DNA of 64,000 nt from the human T2T-CHM13v2.0 reference genome, Homo sapiens. The DNA lies in assembly GCF_009914755.1 (NCBI RefSeq), contig NC_060934.1, one strand, 5' to 3'. How positions within the stretch are numbered: the stretch's first letter is position 1; every line of letters begins with the position of its first letter. The notes beneath the pieces were generated by a model. It made no database searches. It worked only from the letters and a program-made list of their open reading frames with translations, and was not told the origin of the DNA. Positions 1 through 17,888 of the stretch are shown in pieces. The position numbers and the translations under genes are program-made.

Positions 1-402
<402 letters not shown>

Positions 403-881
403 CAGTTTCGAGTCACCTTCTCAGGAGGGCCTTCCTGACCTGCCTGGGTAGAGCAGCCCAGCCTGCTGGGTGCTGGTGACTATTTTCACATGCTTTATTT
501 CTGCCTCATCGTCCTGGATCCACAAACTTGTGAAATCCATGGAGCTCAGCTTTGTCTGGCTTCCCCCACTGCCTCCAACACCCAGCACAGGGCCTGGCTT
601 GCAAGGGGTGCCTGGTCCCTCTGCACGAGGCCCAGAACTATCATCGTAGTTCACTTGCTCACAGGACAGGATGACAGGAGGGCAAGCTGCACCAGTAGGT
701 GTTCACGGATGCATGGGATAAAGGCAGGGCCCCACACAAGATAAAAATGCAGGGCTCTAGTTCAAGGATTCCTGAGCAAGGTTAACGTCAGTGGTGAGGC
801 CATGTTTGTACCATGTGCCTTTGGTATGATGTGAGGGGAAGAGCACTTTACCTCTGGGGTCCTCCCAAAACCCCATAACTC

Positions 882-1177
<296 letters not shown>

Positions 1178-2377
1178 CCCATAACTCCAGTCTAACCAGG
1201 AGAAAATCATCAGACAAATCCAAATTGAATGACATTCTATAAGATAACTTACCAACACTCCTCAAAGACTATGAGGAATTTCAAGACGACAGCAGAGTGT
1301 TAAACCAAACGCCAAGCCCTTCTAAGCACAGGGCCTGGGCGATAGCACAGGCCACATACCTGGGAAGCAGCCTGGGCAGGAGGCCTGAGAAGCAAATGTG
1401 GGGTGCCCCAGGCCCCCACAGCCCTTGGAAGCAGGAAAGGCGTCCCTGTGAAGGAACCCTGTGGGTGGGGGTGAGGATGGGGGAGGAACCAGGGGCCTGA
1501 GCTGCAGAAGGGGTAAAGGTGTGACTGCGGGCAGGACCCAGGGCCCCTCTCTGAGGGTCCTCAGCACAGGGGGGCTGCCATGAAGTTGGGCACTGCCCAT
1601 GCAGGCCATGCAGCCCATCTACAAAGAGACCCCCATAGCTGCAGGGCCCCAGCAGCTGGGACATCAGAGTTCAGCCACCCACAACCCATGAGTGTCCCCT
1701 GCATCCCGAGTCTGCTCCTGTCCCCAGCAACAAGCAAAACAAAGATGGAAGGAGCCCCCTCAGTGTCAGAGACCCCTCACCGTGAGGGTTCAGCTCTGAC
1801 CCCCACTAGGGCGTGCAGAAGCAATGCCCAATCAGGAACAAGACCAGCACTTTAAATTAGACAGGACTCATTCAGAAAACTATGTCAGCAGAAAAACAGA
1901 GAATCTTCTCAAGATATCTCCAAGGGGTAGAAATTGGGGCATTTGGCTTTCCCCAGCTGATAGCAGTGTTTGGGTGGAAAGTAACATGCCTTCATATTCA
2001 GGTCAAACTGGTACAGATTCCTCAGCAGTTCCCAATGAACTCTACGGGGAATGCAAAGAATGTTCTAATGAGGAAGGGGTCAGGAGGCCTGGGCTCTGGT
2101 TCTCTGTTGCCAATTTGCTGTGTGATTGGGATGAGTCCTTAGCCCTCTCTGGGCCTCAGTTTCCTTGGCTGAACAGTAAGGAAGCTGTTTGGGGTGAGCT
2201 CTGGCAGGCAGGAGCCTACTGTCCTCACTCTCCTGCAGGGCTGGCAGGGAAGGGAGAGAGATAGGCTGGGTGAGAAAGGGTCTCTGGGGAAAGGAGGAGA
2301 AGAGGGGCTTTCCTGGGGCTGATAGAGGCAGGGGAGCATCCGTGCAGAGGTGACACGGGGCGCCGAGGGGGAGGTTC

Positions 2378-2560
2378 CGCTGTGGTTAGGAGCTGAGTTC
2401 AGAACTCACACTTGGGTTTGGATCCTGGCTGTGCTGTCTACTTGCTGGGTGACTTTGGGCAAGCAGCTTAACCTCTCTGGGTCTGTTTTCTTATCTGCAA
2501 TATAGATGAAACGGCCATCCCTATCTCACGAGGGTGCTCTAATTAGATGAGGCAGGGCCT
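2378..2560 (+). mobile_element. MIR
   Basis: GGGTTTGGATCCTGGCT...GTGACTTTGGGCAAGCAGCTTAACCTCTCTG core. Confidence 0.75.
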
Positions 2561-2819
2561 ATGAAAGGCAAAGGTGGTCAGGATGATTGAGGGCAATGGC
2601 GCTTTGCGAGCTGATACTACCTTACAACAACCCTGAAAGGTGACACTGTCAATCCTTGAGCCCTGAAGAAATGGACAATCAGTGCAAGAAAGTGTCACCC
2701 AGCAAGAAAGTGAACAGGACCAAGCTCCCCTACTCCACGAGGGTTCCCCAGAGGCATGTACAATGGAAATTGACAACAGGAAAATCAGCAGCCCAGTCAC
2801 CATTTGAAAAGAAGCTCAT

Positions 2820-3245
2820 GGCCCGATGCAGTGGCTCACGCCAGTAATCCCAGCACTTTGGGGGCCAAGGCAGGTGAATCACCTGAGGTCAGGAGTTTGA
2901 GATCAGACTGGCCAATATGGTGAAACCCCATCTCTACTAAAAATACAAAAATTAGCTGGGCATGGTGACAGGTGCCTGTAATCCCAGCTACTCAGGAGGC
3001 CGAGGCAGGATAATCGCTTGAACCTGGGAGGTGGAGGTTGCAGTGAGCCAAGATCTTGCCACTGCACTCCAGCTTGGGCAACAGAGCGAGACTCTGTCTC
3101 AAAAAAAAAAAAAAGAAAAGAAAAAAAGAAAGAAAAGAAAGAAAGAAAAATGATGAAAGAACCACCCCCCACAAAAAAATGAAAGGGAGACAGACAGGAA
3201 AGAAAGGAGGGCAAGAAGGAAGGAAGGAGGGAGGAAGGAAGGAAG
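2820..3245 (+). mobile_element. AluS with tail extended into (GAAA)n/(GGAA)n purine-rich sequence
   Basis: Dimeric Alu 2820-~3118 followed by low-complexity purine repeats. Confidence 0.93.
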
Positions 3246-4014
3246 TGCAGACAAGCCCCTGACCCATAGCACTGCACACAGCCTCTTCCCAAATGCCCTG
3301 GTGCAACCATGCCAGGACGGCCTGGAGCAGCACCTGCTGGCCACTTCCCTGGCCGCACGGTGCTGGCATCCTCCCTGCAGTCCAGCAGCCGTCCTCCACT
3401 GGCCATAAAGGCCCCTTTCTCTGGTGGCTGTTTGTGTTGGGCCCTACCCACCTCCACGGGCAGCCTCCAGACACTGCTGGCAGGCACGAGGACACAGTCC
3501 CTGCCCGCTGCTGAAGGGCCGCCTTTGTGGACACATGAACCAGCCGGCTGGTGCACCCTGGCCCTTGGAAGCCAGCTGCTTCCCCCTCCTGCTCATCCAG
3601 GAGGTAAACAGGACCGACAGCCAGCCTCTGCCACGTTCCCAGCCCCCTCCCCACCCAGCTCTGCGAGGTCCTGAATCCAGGAATGAACACACAGCCCCTG
3701 TTCTTCCTCAACCCACAACATAAGTCACTGCTTCTCTGGCCAGGCAGCATGTATCACAGGCACCACTGACGCGTGCTGCCTGGAAACAGGGCCCAGTCCT
3801 GCTTCCGCAGGCCTCCTGGAGCTGTGGGTGAGGCAGGACCGGGATCCGCCTGGGGCCACAGCTAGGGACAGTTCCAAGGTGTATTTCTCATTTTTAAAAC
3901 ACTGCATGTATTTAAACATGCCCTGCCTTGTTCCAGAGAAGATCTAAAGCAGCTACAAGGACACATCAGATGCAACCAGTGTAAATGAAGACTCGGATGA
4001 AATGCTCAGAATGA

Positions 4015-4176
4015 CTTTTTTTTTTTTTTTTAAGAGACAGGGTTTCACTCTGTTGCTCAGGCTGGAGTGCCGTGGTGGGATCCTAGCTCACTGCAGCCTC
4101 AAACTCCTGGGCTCAAGCAGTCTCCCTGCCTCAGCCTCCTTAGTAGAGACTATAGGTGCACGCCACCACACCAGGT
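4015..4176 (-). mobile_element. Alu monomer (right-arm/FRAM-like)
   Basis: T-tail then GAGACAGGGTTTCACTCTG...CGCCACCACACC. Confidence 0.88.
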
Positions 4177-5174
4177 CGAGATTTTGAGTATAGTTTAAAA
4201 CAGAGGAACATCAGAAGCCATGTAAATGTTCAATGATAGGGAATTGATTAAATAAATTACAATATAGCCACACAATTCAATTCATAATATTTATTATGCA
4301 GTGATTAATACTGAAGTTATAGGTATAGAACCTAATTAATTTACTACTTATGTATTTATAGAACCTAATGGCAAGTTTGTATGTATAGGCCTAAGAGGAT
4401 TTTTCCTCAAAGGGAGCTAGAAGTCTCATGACCTTCTTGAAATGACTATGGCCTCCAAGAAGTCAAGAGTCACAGTATAAACTCTATGTATTGTAAAATC
4501 CCACTTTTACGTATGTGTGTAGTCTGGGAGGCTGTACCACAAACTTCAAAGTGTCCTTATCTCTGAGTATTAGAATTGTGTATTTTTTCATCATTCTTCT
4601 ACCAGCGTGATCTATGCCCTTATCATGGTAAGCCACAACTGTGGCCATACATCTTCAAGCAACCAAAGCAAAACCAAAAATGTGGTCAGTTACTATTTCC
4701 CAGTGTTCATAGGAGAAAATAAGTGACTGCTTTTGGCATTAAAGAGGGTAGAGAGTTCTCTGGAGAGGCAGGGCAACTGGGAAGGAGGCTGGCTCATAGA
4801 GTGTGAGGACAGGGTGCAGGGAAGCCTCGATGAGGGGCTGAGGCATCTGCAAATATCAGACAATCCATCTGTCCAGGGGAACACCTGGCAGCCTCCCTCG
4901 GCTGGCCCCATTCAGGAAAGGGGCTGACTCATTTCTTCAAAATAGGATAGAGTGAGATGGGGTCAGACACTCGCTGTTCGCTTCTTCATAAGAAGGACAG
5001 GTAGCAACATCGCAAAGAGTCAGCCAAGAGTTGTCGACTGTCTGGCACAAGTAGAAGAATATTTGGAGGTTACTGAAATCAGAATATACAGAAAGCTGTT
5101 CACTCCACCCAAGCCTAGGAGGGCTTTTCCACCAACCTCAGAGGAAAATCTACAGAACATATTCAAAAGTGTTC

Positions 5175-5750
5175 CAAATATCTATTGCTGAGTCACAAAT
5201 CACCCCAGAACTTAGTGAACTAAAGTTCACAACAGCAATCCTTTTATTATCTCTCATAGTTTCTGAGGTCCAGGAAATCAGGATGGGCTCAGTTGGGTGG
5301 TTCTGGCTCAGGAAGGATCTCATAAAGTTGTAGTCAGATGGAGGCTGGTGTTGGAATGGCTCAAGACTGGAACAGCTAGGGATGGCCGAGTGTCTCTCTT
5401 CATATAGTCTCAGGGCCTCTCCATGTGGTCTCTTCATGTGTGACAGCTTGTGCTTCCTAACAGCATGGCAGCTTCAGGATGGCTAGTCTACTTATATGGC
5501 AGCTCGGGCCTCCAAGCCCAAGTATTCTAACTGACCAAGCAGAAGCTGCATCACATACTATAGGCTAGGATTGGAAGTCATCCGTGTTACTTCCATTGCT
5601 TTCTATTGGCTATGAGCAAGCAACAGGCCCAACAGATTCAAAGATGCAGGACACAGACCTCTCCATGGAAGGAGTGTCAAGGTCACTCAACATCATGTAG
5701 ATTGAGGGATGTTGCAACCATCTTTGGAAAATATAATCTTCCACACAGAG
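5175..5750 (-). mobile_element. Old MaLR LTR (MLT1-type)
   Basis: ATTGCTG...CAAATCACCCCAGAACTTAGTG...CAGGAAATCAGG...CTCAGTTGGGTGGTTCTGGCTC signature. Confidence 0.7.
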
Positions 5751-5997
5751 CCATCACCAATATCCAGAGCAGGTAAGAACAAACTGAGGCAAATGCAAGT
5801 CCCGAAACCTTTGGCCTTTGAACATTTGACATTGACACCCTAAGACTACCTTTTATCTACACCAAATTCAGCCATCATAGGCCTCAGTTAACCCACAAAC
5901 ACTTTGAGCTGTGATAGGCCCAAGTGTCGGCCAAGAAATGAGCTTTGGCAGTGGCCATCTTTGTCTGTCAGCAAGGCTGAGTTTGGGCAATTATTTA

Positions 5998-6330
<333 letters not shown>

Positions 6331-6379
6331 ACACCACTGAGTTTTACCCATACTATCTGATTTTTGAAAAATGAGTAGA

Positions 6380-6515
6380 GGCCGAGCACTGTGACTCACA
6401 CGTGTTATCCCAGCACTTTAGGAGGCTGAGGCAGGAGGATCACTTGAGCCCACAAGTTCAAGATCAACCTGGGCAACATAGTGAGACCTCCATCTCCATT
6501 AAAAAATTTCTTAAA
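6380..6515 (+). mobile_element. Alu left monomer (FLAM-like)
   Basis: GGCCGAGCACTGTGACTCAC...GAGACCTCCATCTC. Confidence 0.85.
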
Positions 6516-6840
6516 AGGTGGAAAACAGAAAAGTGGACCTACAGATGGAAATTATGGAAAAGGTGTTTGCTCCCACCCCTAAGACAGCTGAGGCTGAGAC
6601 GAGTTAAGAGGGGCTCTCATCCGCCCATGTTGGATGAGAGTTAGCTGTGAGTTAGTTCTCTGGTGGAAAACAAAGAACAACAGCAACAATAAAAGAACAA
6701 ATAAAACAATGTGTCTATCTAAAGTATTTTGGGATACAGTTATACAATGCCTGGGATTTGCTTTAAAATATTCCAGCAAAGAAACAAAAAGTACATAGAG
6801 GGACCAAGATTTGTCATGAGTTGCTAATTGTTGAAGCTAG

Positions 6841-7172
<332 letters not shown>

Positions 7173-7602
7173 ATGTGTCAATTTTCTTAAGTTAATTGAT
7201 TGATTCATAATCAAGAAAAGTCTTCAAATGGTTATTGTTGGCTGTTCCTTTCTTTTCCCTGTAGTATTCTTTTGCTGTTTTTGAACTTGTTTTGTCTGCC
7301 AAGGGAGCAGGTATCTTTAGTGGACAAGGGGTACCAGTCATAAAAGATTAAGAGACAATTATGGAAGAGTAAATGTTAAATAGAATGAATTTTGGTCATT
7401 AGCCTAATCCCAGACCTCCCCCGATCCCATCCACTCCCTGACTTGAAAAACCTCCGTTGGATTTCCCTGGCCACCTCCTGGGCCTGGTTGCCAGAGGCGT
7501 TTTCTGACGCAATGCCTAGCACGCCCTCTGGTGGCTACTGGCAGAAGTGCATAGGTCCGTGCTGTCTTTCTGAGCTCACAGAAGCCAAGTTTTAGAGCTT
7601 CC

Positions 7603-7830
7603 ACTAGAGGTCACAAACTGGTTGCTCTACAGGCTGAATGCGACCTATAGATGTGCTATCTATAAAGCATGAATATAGGGACCAGGTTCTTAATATGTTA
7701 CCAGCATTTAAAAATCTAGATATTTTACGTACAAATCCAGATTTCTGGCTTCTTTGGAAAGCCAAGTCTGACAATGACAGGCAGAGACCCGCACTCTCCA
7801 GTTACCCGTCTGGCCTCTGTGGTTTATGTT
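7603..7830 (+). mobile_element. MER102-like hAT-Charlie DNA transposon fragment
   Basis: GAGGTCACAAACTGG...CCAGCATTTAAAAATC...AAATCCAGATTTCTGGCTTCTTTGGAAA. Confidence 0.6.
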
Positions 7831-7853
7831 CAGTTTCTCCAGCACACAATCCC

Positions 7854-8700
7854 TGTAGTGGGCGGAATAATAAGTCCCAAATATTTGTGTCCGCCAGGAA
7901 CCTTGGAATGTGACCTTATTTTAGAAATAAGATCTTTACAGATGTAATTAGTAAATCACCTGAAGATAAAATCATACTGGATTTGGGGTGGGCCCTAAAT
8001 CCAACAATTTATGTCCCTATAGGAAGAGGGAGAATACCAGCTGGGTGCAGTGGCTCACATCTGTTATCCCAATGCTTTGGGAGGCCGAGGAAGGAGGATT
8101 GCTTGAGGCCAGGAGTTTGGGATGAGCTTGGGCAGCATAGCAAGACCCAGTCTCTACAGAAATTTTTAAAAATTAACCAGGCTTGGTGGCTCACACCTGT
8201 AGTCCTAGCTGCTCAGGAGGTTGAGGCAGGAGGGTCACTTGAGCCCAGGAATTTGAGGTTACAGTGAGCTATGATCATACCGCTGCACTCCAGCCTGGGC
8301 CACAGAATGAGACCCTGTCTCAAAAAAAAAAAAAAAAAAAAGAAGAAGAAAGAAAAAGAAGAAGAAGGAGGACAAGAAGAAGGATAAGGAGAAAGAGGAG
8401 AAGAAGAAGAATGAGGAAGACGAGGAAGATAGACAGGCACAGAGGAGAAGGCCATATGGAAATGGAGACAGCCTAGAGTGAGGCATCTGCAGGTCCAGGA
8501 ATGCAAGGATGGCTGGCAAACACAGAAGCTGGGGACAGGCCTGGCACAGATCCTCCCCAAGAACTTCAAGAAGGAGCCAACCCCACTGACACCTTGAGTT
8601 TGAACTTTTGGCTGCCAGAACTGTGGAAGAATAAATTTGTGTTGTTTTAAACCACCCAGTGTATGGTCATTTCTCATGACAGCCCTAGAAAACCAACATG
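7854..8700 (+). mobile_element. MaLR LTR (MLT1C-like) interrupted by AluJ (8039-8340) and a GAA-rich tail
   Basis: TGTAGTGGGCGGAAT...GAATGTGACCTTATTT start; CCAGAACTGTGGAAGAATAAATTTGTGTTGTTTTAAACCACCCAG end. Confidence 0.82.
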
Positions 8701-9344
8701 CAATCCCCAGGAAACCCTTGCCCTTCTACAACATCCCGCAAACAGGCCTCTGCTCTAAAGCCTCAAGGGAGGGAGAGCTCACATCTCCCAGCTGAGTGAT
8801 GGACTAATCATTGGAAAGTTCTTTCTGCTAAACCGGTACACAACACAAACAACACAAAATCAGGCTAGAGTCTATAAAAAGTGGGGGGAAGTGTACCTGG
8901 AAAACACTGAAAAAAAGTGGGTTGAAACAAGATCATAAAAAGAAAGAAACCCTGCTGGTAGTGGGATCAGGGAGGGCTTCATGGAAGAGGTGGCACCTGA
9001 ACTGGGCTTCAAGGATGGCTATGACAAGACAAGCAGAAACTGGTGGGAGTGCAAGGCATATTCCAGGCGATAGAGCAGTGAAAGACCCAGAGGAGGAACG
9101 TGTGGGTCATGCACAGTAACATTCATCCATCCCTTCCTTGAATATTTCTTCACCAAGCAGTGAGCAATGAGCTTAGTTGGATGAAGTTATGTGGCCAAGT
9201 GGGGTCAGTAGGTTGAAATGAAACAGCAGAGTCTAAATCTTTACAAAATCCTGGGTCCCCAAGCATGCTAAATAAAGAATTTGACATTTACACACCTCCC
9301 CAGGGGTTTTCCTTCAAGCTATTTCACTCACCTCTTGTATAGAG

Positions 9345-9838
9345 AGGGCTGTTGGTTTTGTGTCTTTCCAGGGTCCCTTCCCCTGGTAATAGACCCATGC
9401 CCTGGAGGCAAGCATGGGCACATGACTGGCCCAGACCTGGCCAATCACTGCATTCCATCCACCTGGCAACAGTAACGGATCCAATCAGGGTCCTTCCCTG
9501 GGATTAATATGCAGATTTCGGGTGCAACCAGCTCTCTCTGTCTGCTGGGGCAGTCTTGTTCCCTGCTACATGGAGACAGCCCATCAGGAGTCAGACAGAA
9601 TGAGGCCAACAGGTGAAAAGAAACAGTAAAGCAAAGACGGTCAGCATGGAGGAGCCCTGGGGTGCTGAACTCACAGTTGCCATCCCCAAAGACCTGGTTC
9701 CTCAAATTCTTCCTTCAATTCCAAGACTTGCTGCAGGATCCCCATCTTCTGTGAGAGCCAATACATTATTTCTCTGTCTAAGCCAGTCAGAGTTAGGTAG
9801 GTGTCTGTCACTTGCAACCAAAGGCTCTTGGCTGGTAC
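9345..9838 (+). mobile_element. Old ERVL-class LTR (LTR16/LTR33-like)
   Basis: GGGCACATGAC...CTGGCCAATCA and 3' GAGCCAATACATT...CTAAGCCAGTCAGAGTTAG...TGTCACTTGCAACCAAAG. Confidence 0.55.
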
Positions 9839-10441
9839 AGTCCTGTTTCTAAAACCCTGCCCCTGCTGACCAAGCAACCAGTGAAAGCAAAGGGAGACGG
9901 TGCCCATCCTGGCAGCAGCCCTCTCTCCGGTTCAGACAGGTCACTCCAGGGCACTTTCTGATGGGTGCTTAGTGCTGAAAAGGGTGACGCTGAAAAAGCA
10001 CAGGGATGTGAATTGAAGTCAATTATGAATAGGGTAAGAGAAGATAACAAATCAGACTCTCTCCAAAGGACACACATGCCCACCCTCAGTCATTCCTTTG
10101 GATTACAGTTCTCTTTGAAATATAAGCTGGGACAAAAGTTCAAGAGGCAGAAAGTAGGCCAATTTGCCAAAATACCAAAATACCTTAGATGCAGCCACCA
10201 AATTTACTGGTGCAAATTTTGTAAATCAAAATTACTAAAAACTTGTTTTTTTAACTAAATATAACATTTTCAGAAATTCATGTAAAGTGTTGACATTTTG
10301 GTTTCCAACAAGAAGCAGCTGGGATATGTTGGCTTGGAAAAAATTTACAGAAAGATTCTAAAGGGAAAAGTAAAATTGTTTAAAGTAACTGAAGAGAAAT
10401 GAATCTCCAACGGTGAGAAAAAGTACTAAGAGTGCTCTTAG

Positions 10442-10700
<259 letters not shown>

Positions 10701-11028
10701 TGATATTCAAATGACAAGTAGAGAAGGTAGCCTAAGGGTGATGTCAGGGCTGAATTGGGTCAAGATCATTCATTCATGCATTCATTTCAATGTATGTCCT
10801 GGTTACCCACGAGGCCCAGGCCTCAAGGATACAGATGTGACAAGACATGCCAAAGAACTTGGCAGGAAGCGCTTCAGGGAGTCAAGAAGATGCAACCCAG
10901 TTCTATATCCTTATAGATATATCGTATATCTAGCCCAGGGCAGGGTAGAGGCCTGTGCAAGGCCATCAAGGAGCAGAAGCAGCCTAGTTCTCTCTGCCTG
11001 CGGAGGTCAGGGAAGTCATGACATTTGA

Positions 11029-11468
<440 letters not shown>

Positions 11469-12868
11469 CTGGGTTTTGAAGGATGTGTAGGAAAGTAAAG
11501 AAAGGAGTGGTGAACATTTTCAGGCAGTGGGGGCAGCCCTAAGCAAAAGATTGTAAGGCACAGAGGGTAGAGGGAAAAGGGAGGACAATGAGGCTGATGA
11601 CAAGGGTGAGGACCAATTCTCCAGGCTTTCAAAAGGTGAAGGAACTTGACTTTCACCCTGTGGGTAGTAGGGAGTCATTGAGGGTTTTATGTAGAGGAAA
11701 GACCCCACCTCACCCATCTCCATGGTAGTTATGACAAAAGTGGACGAGGAGCGCTAGAAAGGAAGGAGCTAGAAGCCCAGTTTGCCAGCTGCTGCAACTG
11801 TCCAAGTGACAGGTGATCAGGGCTAAGCTGGGGAATGCACTCATTCAGCAGGTATTGATGAATCTGTACCCAACTAGAAGGCAGACTTTAGCCTGGACAG
11901 TTCAGCCCCAACTATTTCTCCAGTCTTCATTTGAATCCTTTCCTGCCTCCCAGCCATAGCACGCACAAGGTCTGCAGCACCCTCTGCACACGGTGTGCAC
12001 CCAGCAGACCACCACCATTCCCAGCCCTCCCTACTGTCACACAGGCCCCGTCACCCCTTCACAAAGAGTTTGCAACCCTTGGGAAAGCACCTTCCTGCCC
12101 CGAGAAAAATCACACTGAGACACGTGTTCTTGTGTCTTTTTTATTGGACTGTGGGCTTCCTAAGGCAGGCCGGGCACTATTTCCCTCTGTATCCTCTTTT
12201 GCACCACCTAACTCAATTTCTCCAAGCCTGATAAGCAAAGAGCCTTGCATACAGCAAGGGTGCAATAAACCCAGCCAAGTGGACATCCCATCTCCAAGGG
12301 TCAAGGCCGGATGGTGTAGCTCTAAGGAAGGGGCAGACCAAATGAGCTTTGACATCTCTGGGATTTGATGATCCCAGGATTCTGAATCCAAGAATCTGGG
12401 GTTGAACGGGCTCCTTGGAGCCCAGTGTGTGAGCAGAGGGAGAGGACAAGGAACAAAACCAAAGAGATCCAAGTTCAGTGGAGTCCCAAGCCTGCTGGGA
12501 ACAATGCTGGAGAAGGGGTGCAGGGAGAGAAAGGTAGGAGCCCACGTCTCCCTAGCTGCCCTCTAACTGCTGCAGGATAGGCCGTCACCTGCCCATCAGC
12601 AGCTCAGCAAGTGAACAGGCCCTCTCAGCCCTGGCCCAGGGGTCTTGCGTCTCCTGATGGGGGCCCCTCCAGGGTGATCCTGGGGGTCCTGGGGCAACTT
12701 CATGTTGAACAGCTGGGCGTTGCCAGGCCCCAGGCTGGCCCTCCAGGACAAGGGGAGTGTTGGAGGACCTGGCTGGAGCTAGCTGCCTGGCAGAGTCAGG
12801 GAGGAGGCTGGGGCTGCGGAGGAGGAGAGGTTGCCCCACTGAGCGCAGCCTCTGTTGGTGTCACTGAC

Positions 12869-14050
<1,182 letters not shown>

Positions 14051-14054
14051 ACTA

Positions 14055-14542
<488 letters not shown>

Positions 14543-14652
14543 TCAAGGGTCAGCCCAGCTTTCTCTAGAGGCTGACCCATCCCACAGGGGTGCATCAAGG
14601 ATGCCCACCCTTCCAGAGAAACAGTGGCAGAGTCACACCAAATGTGCAATGT

Positions 14653-14676
14653 GAGAGAGAGAGAGAGAGAGAGAGA
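14653..14676. repeat. (GA)n microsatellite
   Basis: About 12 GA units. Confidence 0.9.
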
Positions 14677-15204
14677 AAGCAAGACAATCCCGAACCTAAC
14701 AAGACATTTTCTGGACTCGTACCTGTGCATGTTTTTTGTTTTTTTGTTTGTTTGTTTGTTTGCCTGTGCACGTTTTCACAGACTCACAACACTGGACAAC
14801 TGAGTCCAATCCCCTCATCTTACAGATGGGGAAACTGAGGCCCATGGAGAGGTGCTGACCCAAGTTCAGAAGCAGGTCCTGGAAGAATCTCCATGTCTTA
14901 CCTTCTTCTGTACTTCCCCAGTACCCACGCTCCCATCCACATTCAACCATGACTTACTGATGAAAACACAGGATTTTCCACCTTGGGCATTATCTCAGTG
15001 CGGGAGGCATGCCAGGAGTGGCTACAGCCCTGGGCAGCTGAACTTGCAGTGAGCCAGGCCTGGAGCAACACCAAGGCTCCACCACACACCCCTGCCTGAG
15101 CCAAGGTCAGCCCTGGGAAACAGAGTCTTCTCATCCATAAATGGGTCTGAGTGGCTGGTGATCCCTGCCTCGTGGAGTTGCTGAGGGGATTCAACAGCAG
15201 ACGC

Positions 15205-15465
15205 AGCCTGGACTGGCTCACGCTTGTGATCCCAGCACTTTGGGAGGCTGAGCCCAGGAGTTCGAGACCAGCCTGGGCAACATAGCAAGACCCCCATCTC
15301 TACAAAAAGTTTAACAATTAGCTGGGCATGGTAGCACACACCTGTAGTTCCAGCTACTAGGGAGGCTGAGGTGGGAGGATTACTTGTGCCCAGAAGTCTG
15401 AGGTTACTGTGAGCTATGATCTCACCACTGCACTCCAGCCTAGGTAACAGAGTGAGAAACCTTCT

Positions 15466-15510
<45 letters not shown>
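15205..15510 (+). mobile_element. AluJ with internal deletion and (AAT)14-like tail
   Basis: Alu dimer; (AAT)n at 15469-15510. Confidence 0.9.
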
Positions 15511-15511
<1 letters not shown>

Positions 15512-16696
15512 TAAAGGACATAGGGCATTGAAGGGAACATAGAAATGTTTGTTTTTTCCTCTCCTCTCCCTCACCTATTTTGCTCAAAATATAAAAAGTT
15601 CTGGTTTTTGTTTGTTTTTGGTCAAATACACCCCCTCACCTCTCTGAGCTCTCCACAAAGGTGGCGGGTGGGAGGGAAATGCTGCCTGTAGGACTCTGTG
15701 TGCAGTCTGGGTTTTTTCTTTCAGATTTGTTCCCAGGACCCAGTTATTCACCGGAGAGAAGTCAATACATAGACCCTGTTCCCAGGAGGCTAAATGCTGA
15801 GGGAAAGCAAGGTGCCAGGATGCGGTGGGCACATGGGGAGGCCTGGTTGAGGACGGTGCTGTGCCCAGGGAGGGGGTGGGCAGGGGGTTCCCACGCATCT
15901 GGGCTCCAGCAATGGTTTCCCGAACGGCCGCAGCCACGTCTGTACTGCAGGTTGACACCTGGGCCTGTCCCCGGCAATGCTCTGTTTGCTGTTGGGCCAA
16001 GGAACCCTGGGAACCCAGGTTGACAGGACATGGTGACAATGGAAGGATTGTTCCAGAAGCCGGGGCCCTGGCTGGCCTCTGGCTTCCCGTCACCTGAGCA
16101 AATGTCAATCCGCCAGGTACAAAAGCCAACATTTCCCTGACGGTTGAAGACGCTCATTCAGAAGGCCTCCCCCTCAGCAGGCTGCAGGCTCCTCCTAGCC
16201 ACTCCGAATCCGAAACCGCTGTTCTCATCACCATCCCTTTCATCCTACATGCTGGGAGCAGCCCCTTGGCAAACCCCATCGCTCCTCACGCCACCTTCCA
16301 GAAAGCTCCTGAGCCTCCAAGTCTGAGCTTGCTGGTGGCATTGAGACACAATGAATGGCAGAAAAGCTCCCTTCCTAAGGAGTCGTTCCAGCCAGACGGG
16401 CAGAGCGTGCCCTGGCTGCAGGCTGGCACCGGGGGCTTTCGCTGTTTGGAAAGCACGGGGGCTGGTTACCACAGGTGATCCATCCAGCAGATCCTGGCCC
16501 AAGGCCACAGTTAGCAAGCTCCAGGGCTAGAGATTAGAGCTCCTGTGCCCAGATTCCATCCCCCTCCACACCGCAAACAATTTGTTAAAAGACACGTCTA
16601 GTGAGGGGTTGGCAAGGCCCAAGAGAAGAAAAGTCACAGAATAATGACGACAGTCCCCCAGCTCAGATAATCCCAGAAATAAAAGTAAGACATTTA

Positions 16697-17313
<617 letters not shown>

Positions 17314-17444
17314 ATTAGAATCATAATGCTAACAAGCATGTAAGGGCCCGATACATACTCCACTAGCGGCGCTGTCTCAACTGGTTTTACCTTTCTCACA
17401 AGCCGTTTGCTAAGAGGTGGTTGAAGTCTTTGAAAAGCTCATAC

Positions 17445-17803
17445 CCTGGATGAAAATGCTCTGGAGTTGGATTGTGGTGACGGCTGTATGACACTGCGAA
17501 CGTACTAAATGCCACTGAATTGTACTGTACTGTATTTTTATCTTTTAAGAGATAGTCTCCCTCTGTTGCCCAGGCTGGAATGCAGTGGCACGACCATAGC
17601 TCACTGCAGCCTCAACCTCCTAGGCTCAAGCAATCCTTAGCCTCACCCACTGCCCCTCCTTCTCAGCCTAATTTTTTTGTTTTGATAGATACGGGGTCTC
17701 ACTATGTTGCCTAGGCCAGTCTCAAACTCCTGGGCTCAAGGGATTGTCCTGCCTCAGCCTCCCAAAGTGCTGGGATTATAGGTGTGAGCCACCACGCTCA
17801 GCC
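17445..17803. mobile_element. L1M 3' end fragment (+) followed by antisense AluJ (17534-17803)
   Basis: GATGAAAATGCTCTGGAG...GTACTAAATGCCACTGAATTGTAC then Alu. Confidence 0.8.
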
Positions 17804-17882
17804 ATAAATGCTGTTTTCGTGAAAAATAATACCAAGGGTAAGAATAATCAGAGTATTGCCAGCAGATGGTGTTTATAAAGTT

Positions 17883-17888
17883 TTTATT
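17883..17888 (-). terminator. SPOCK2: SPOCK2 polyadenylation signal AATAAA
   Basis: tttatt on the plus strand at the end of the repeat-free UTR; U-rich sequence downstream. Confidence 0.8.

Noticed and set aside
2903-3750. 217-aa and 252-aa ORFs
   Set aside because: Run through a purine/pyrimidine simple repeat and an antisense Alu; no domain or splice support. The same applies to the many LECSG/PASAS ORFs in the track.
4952-5191. 79-aa ORF with protein-like composition
   Set aside because: GTG start, ends in an LTR, no recognisable homology or splice context.
15584-16157. Cluster of 120-180-aa ORFs on both strands downstream of SPOCK2
   Set aside because: Overlapping in several frames in GC-rich unique DNA with no family similarity; more likely regulatory or neutral sequence.
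17359-17375. CTCF-like CCACTAGCGGCGC
   Set aside because: One base short in the core spacing; weak match.
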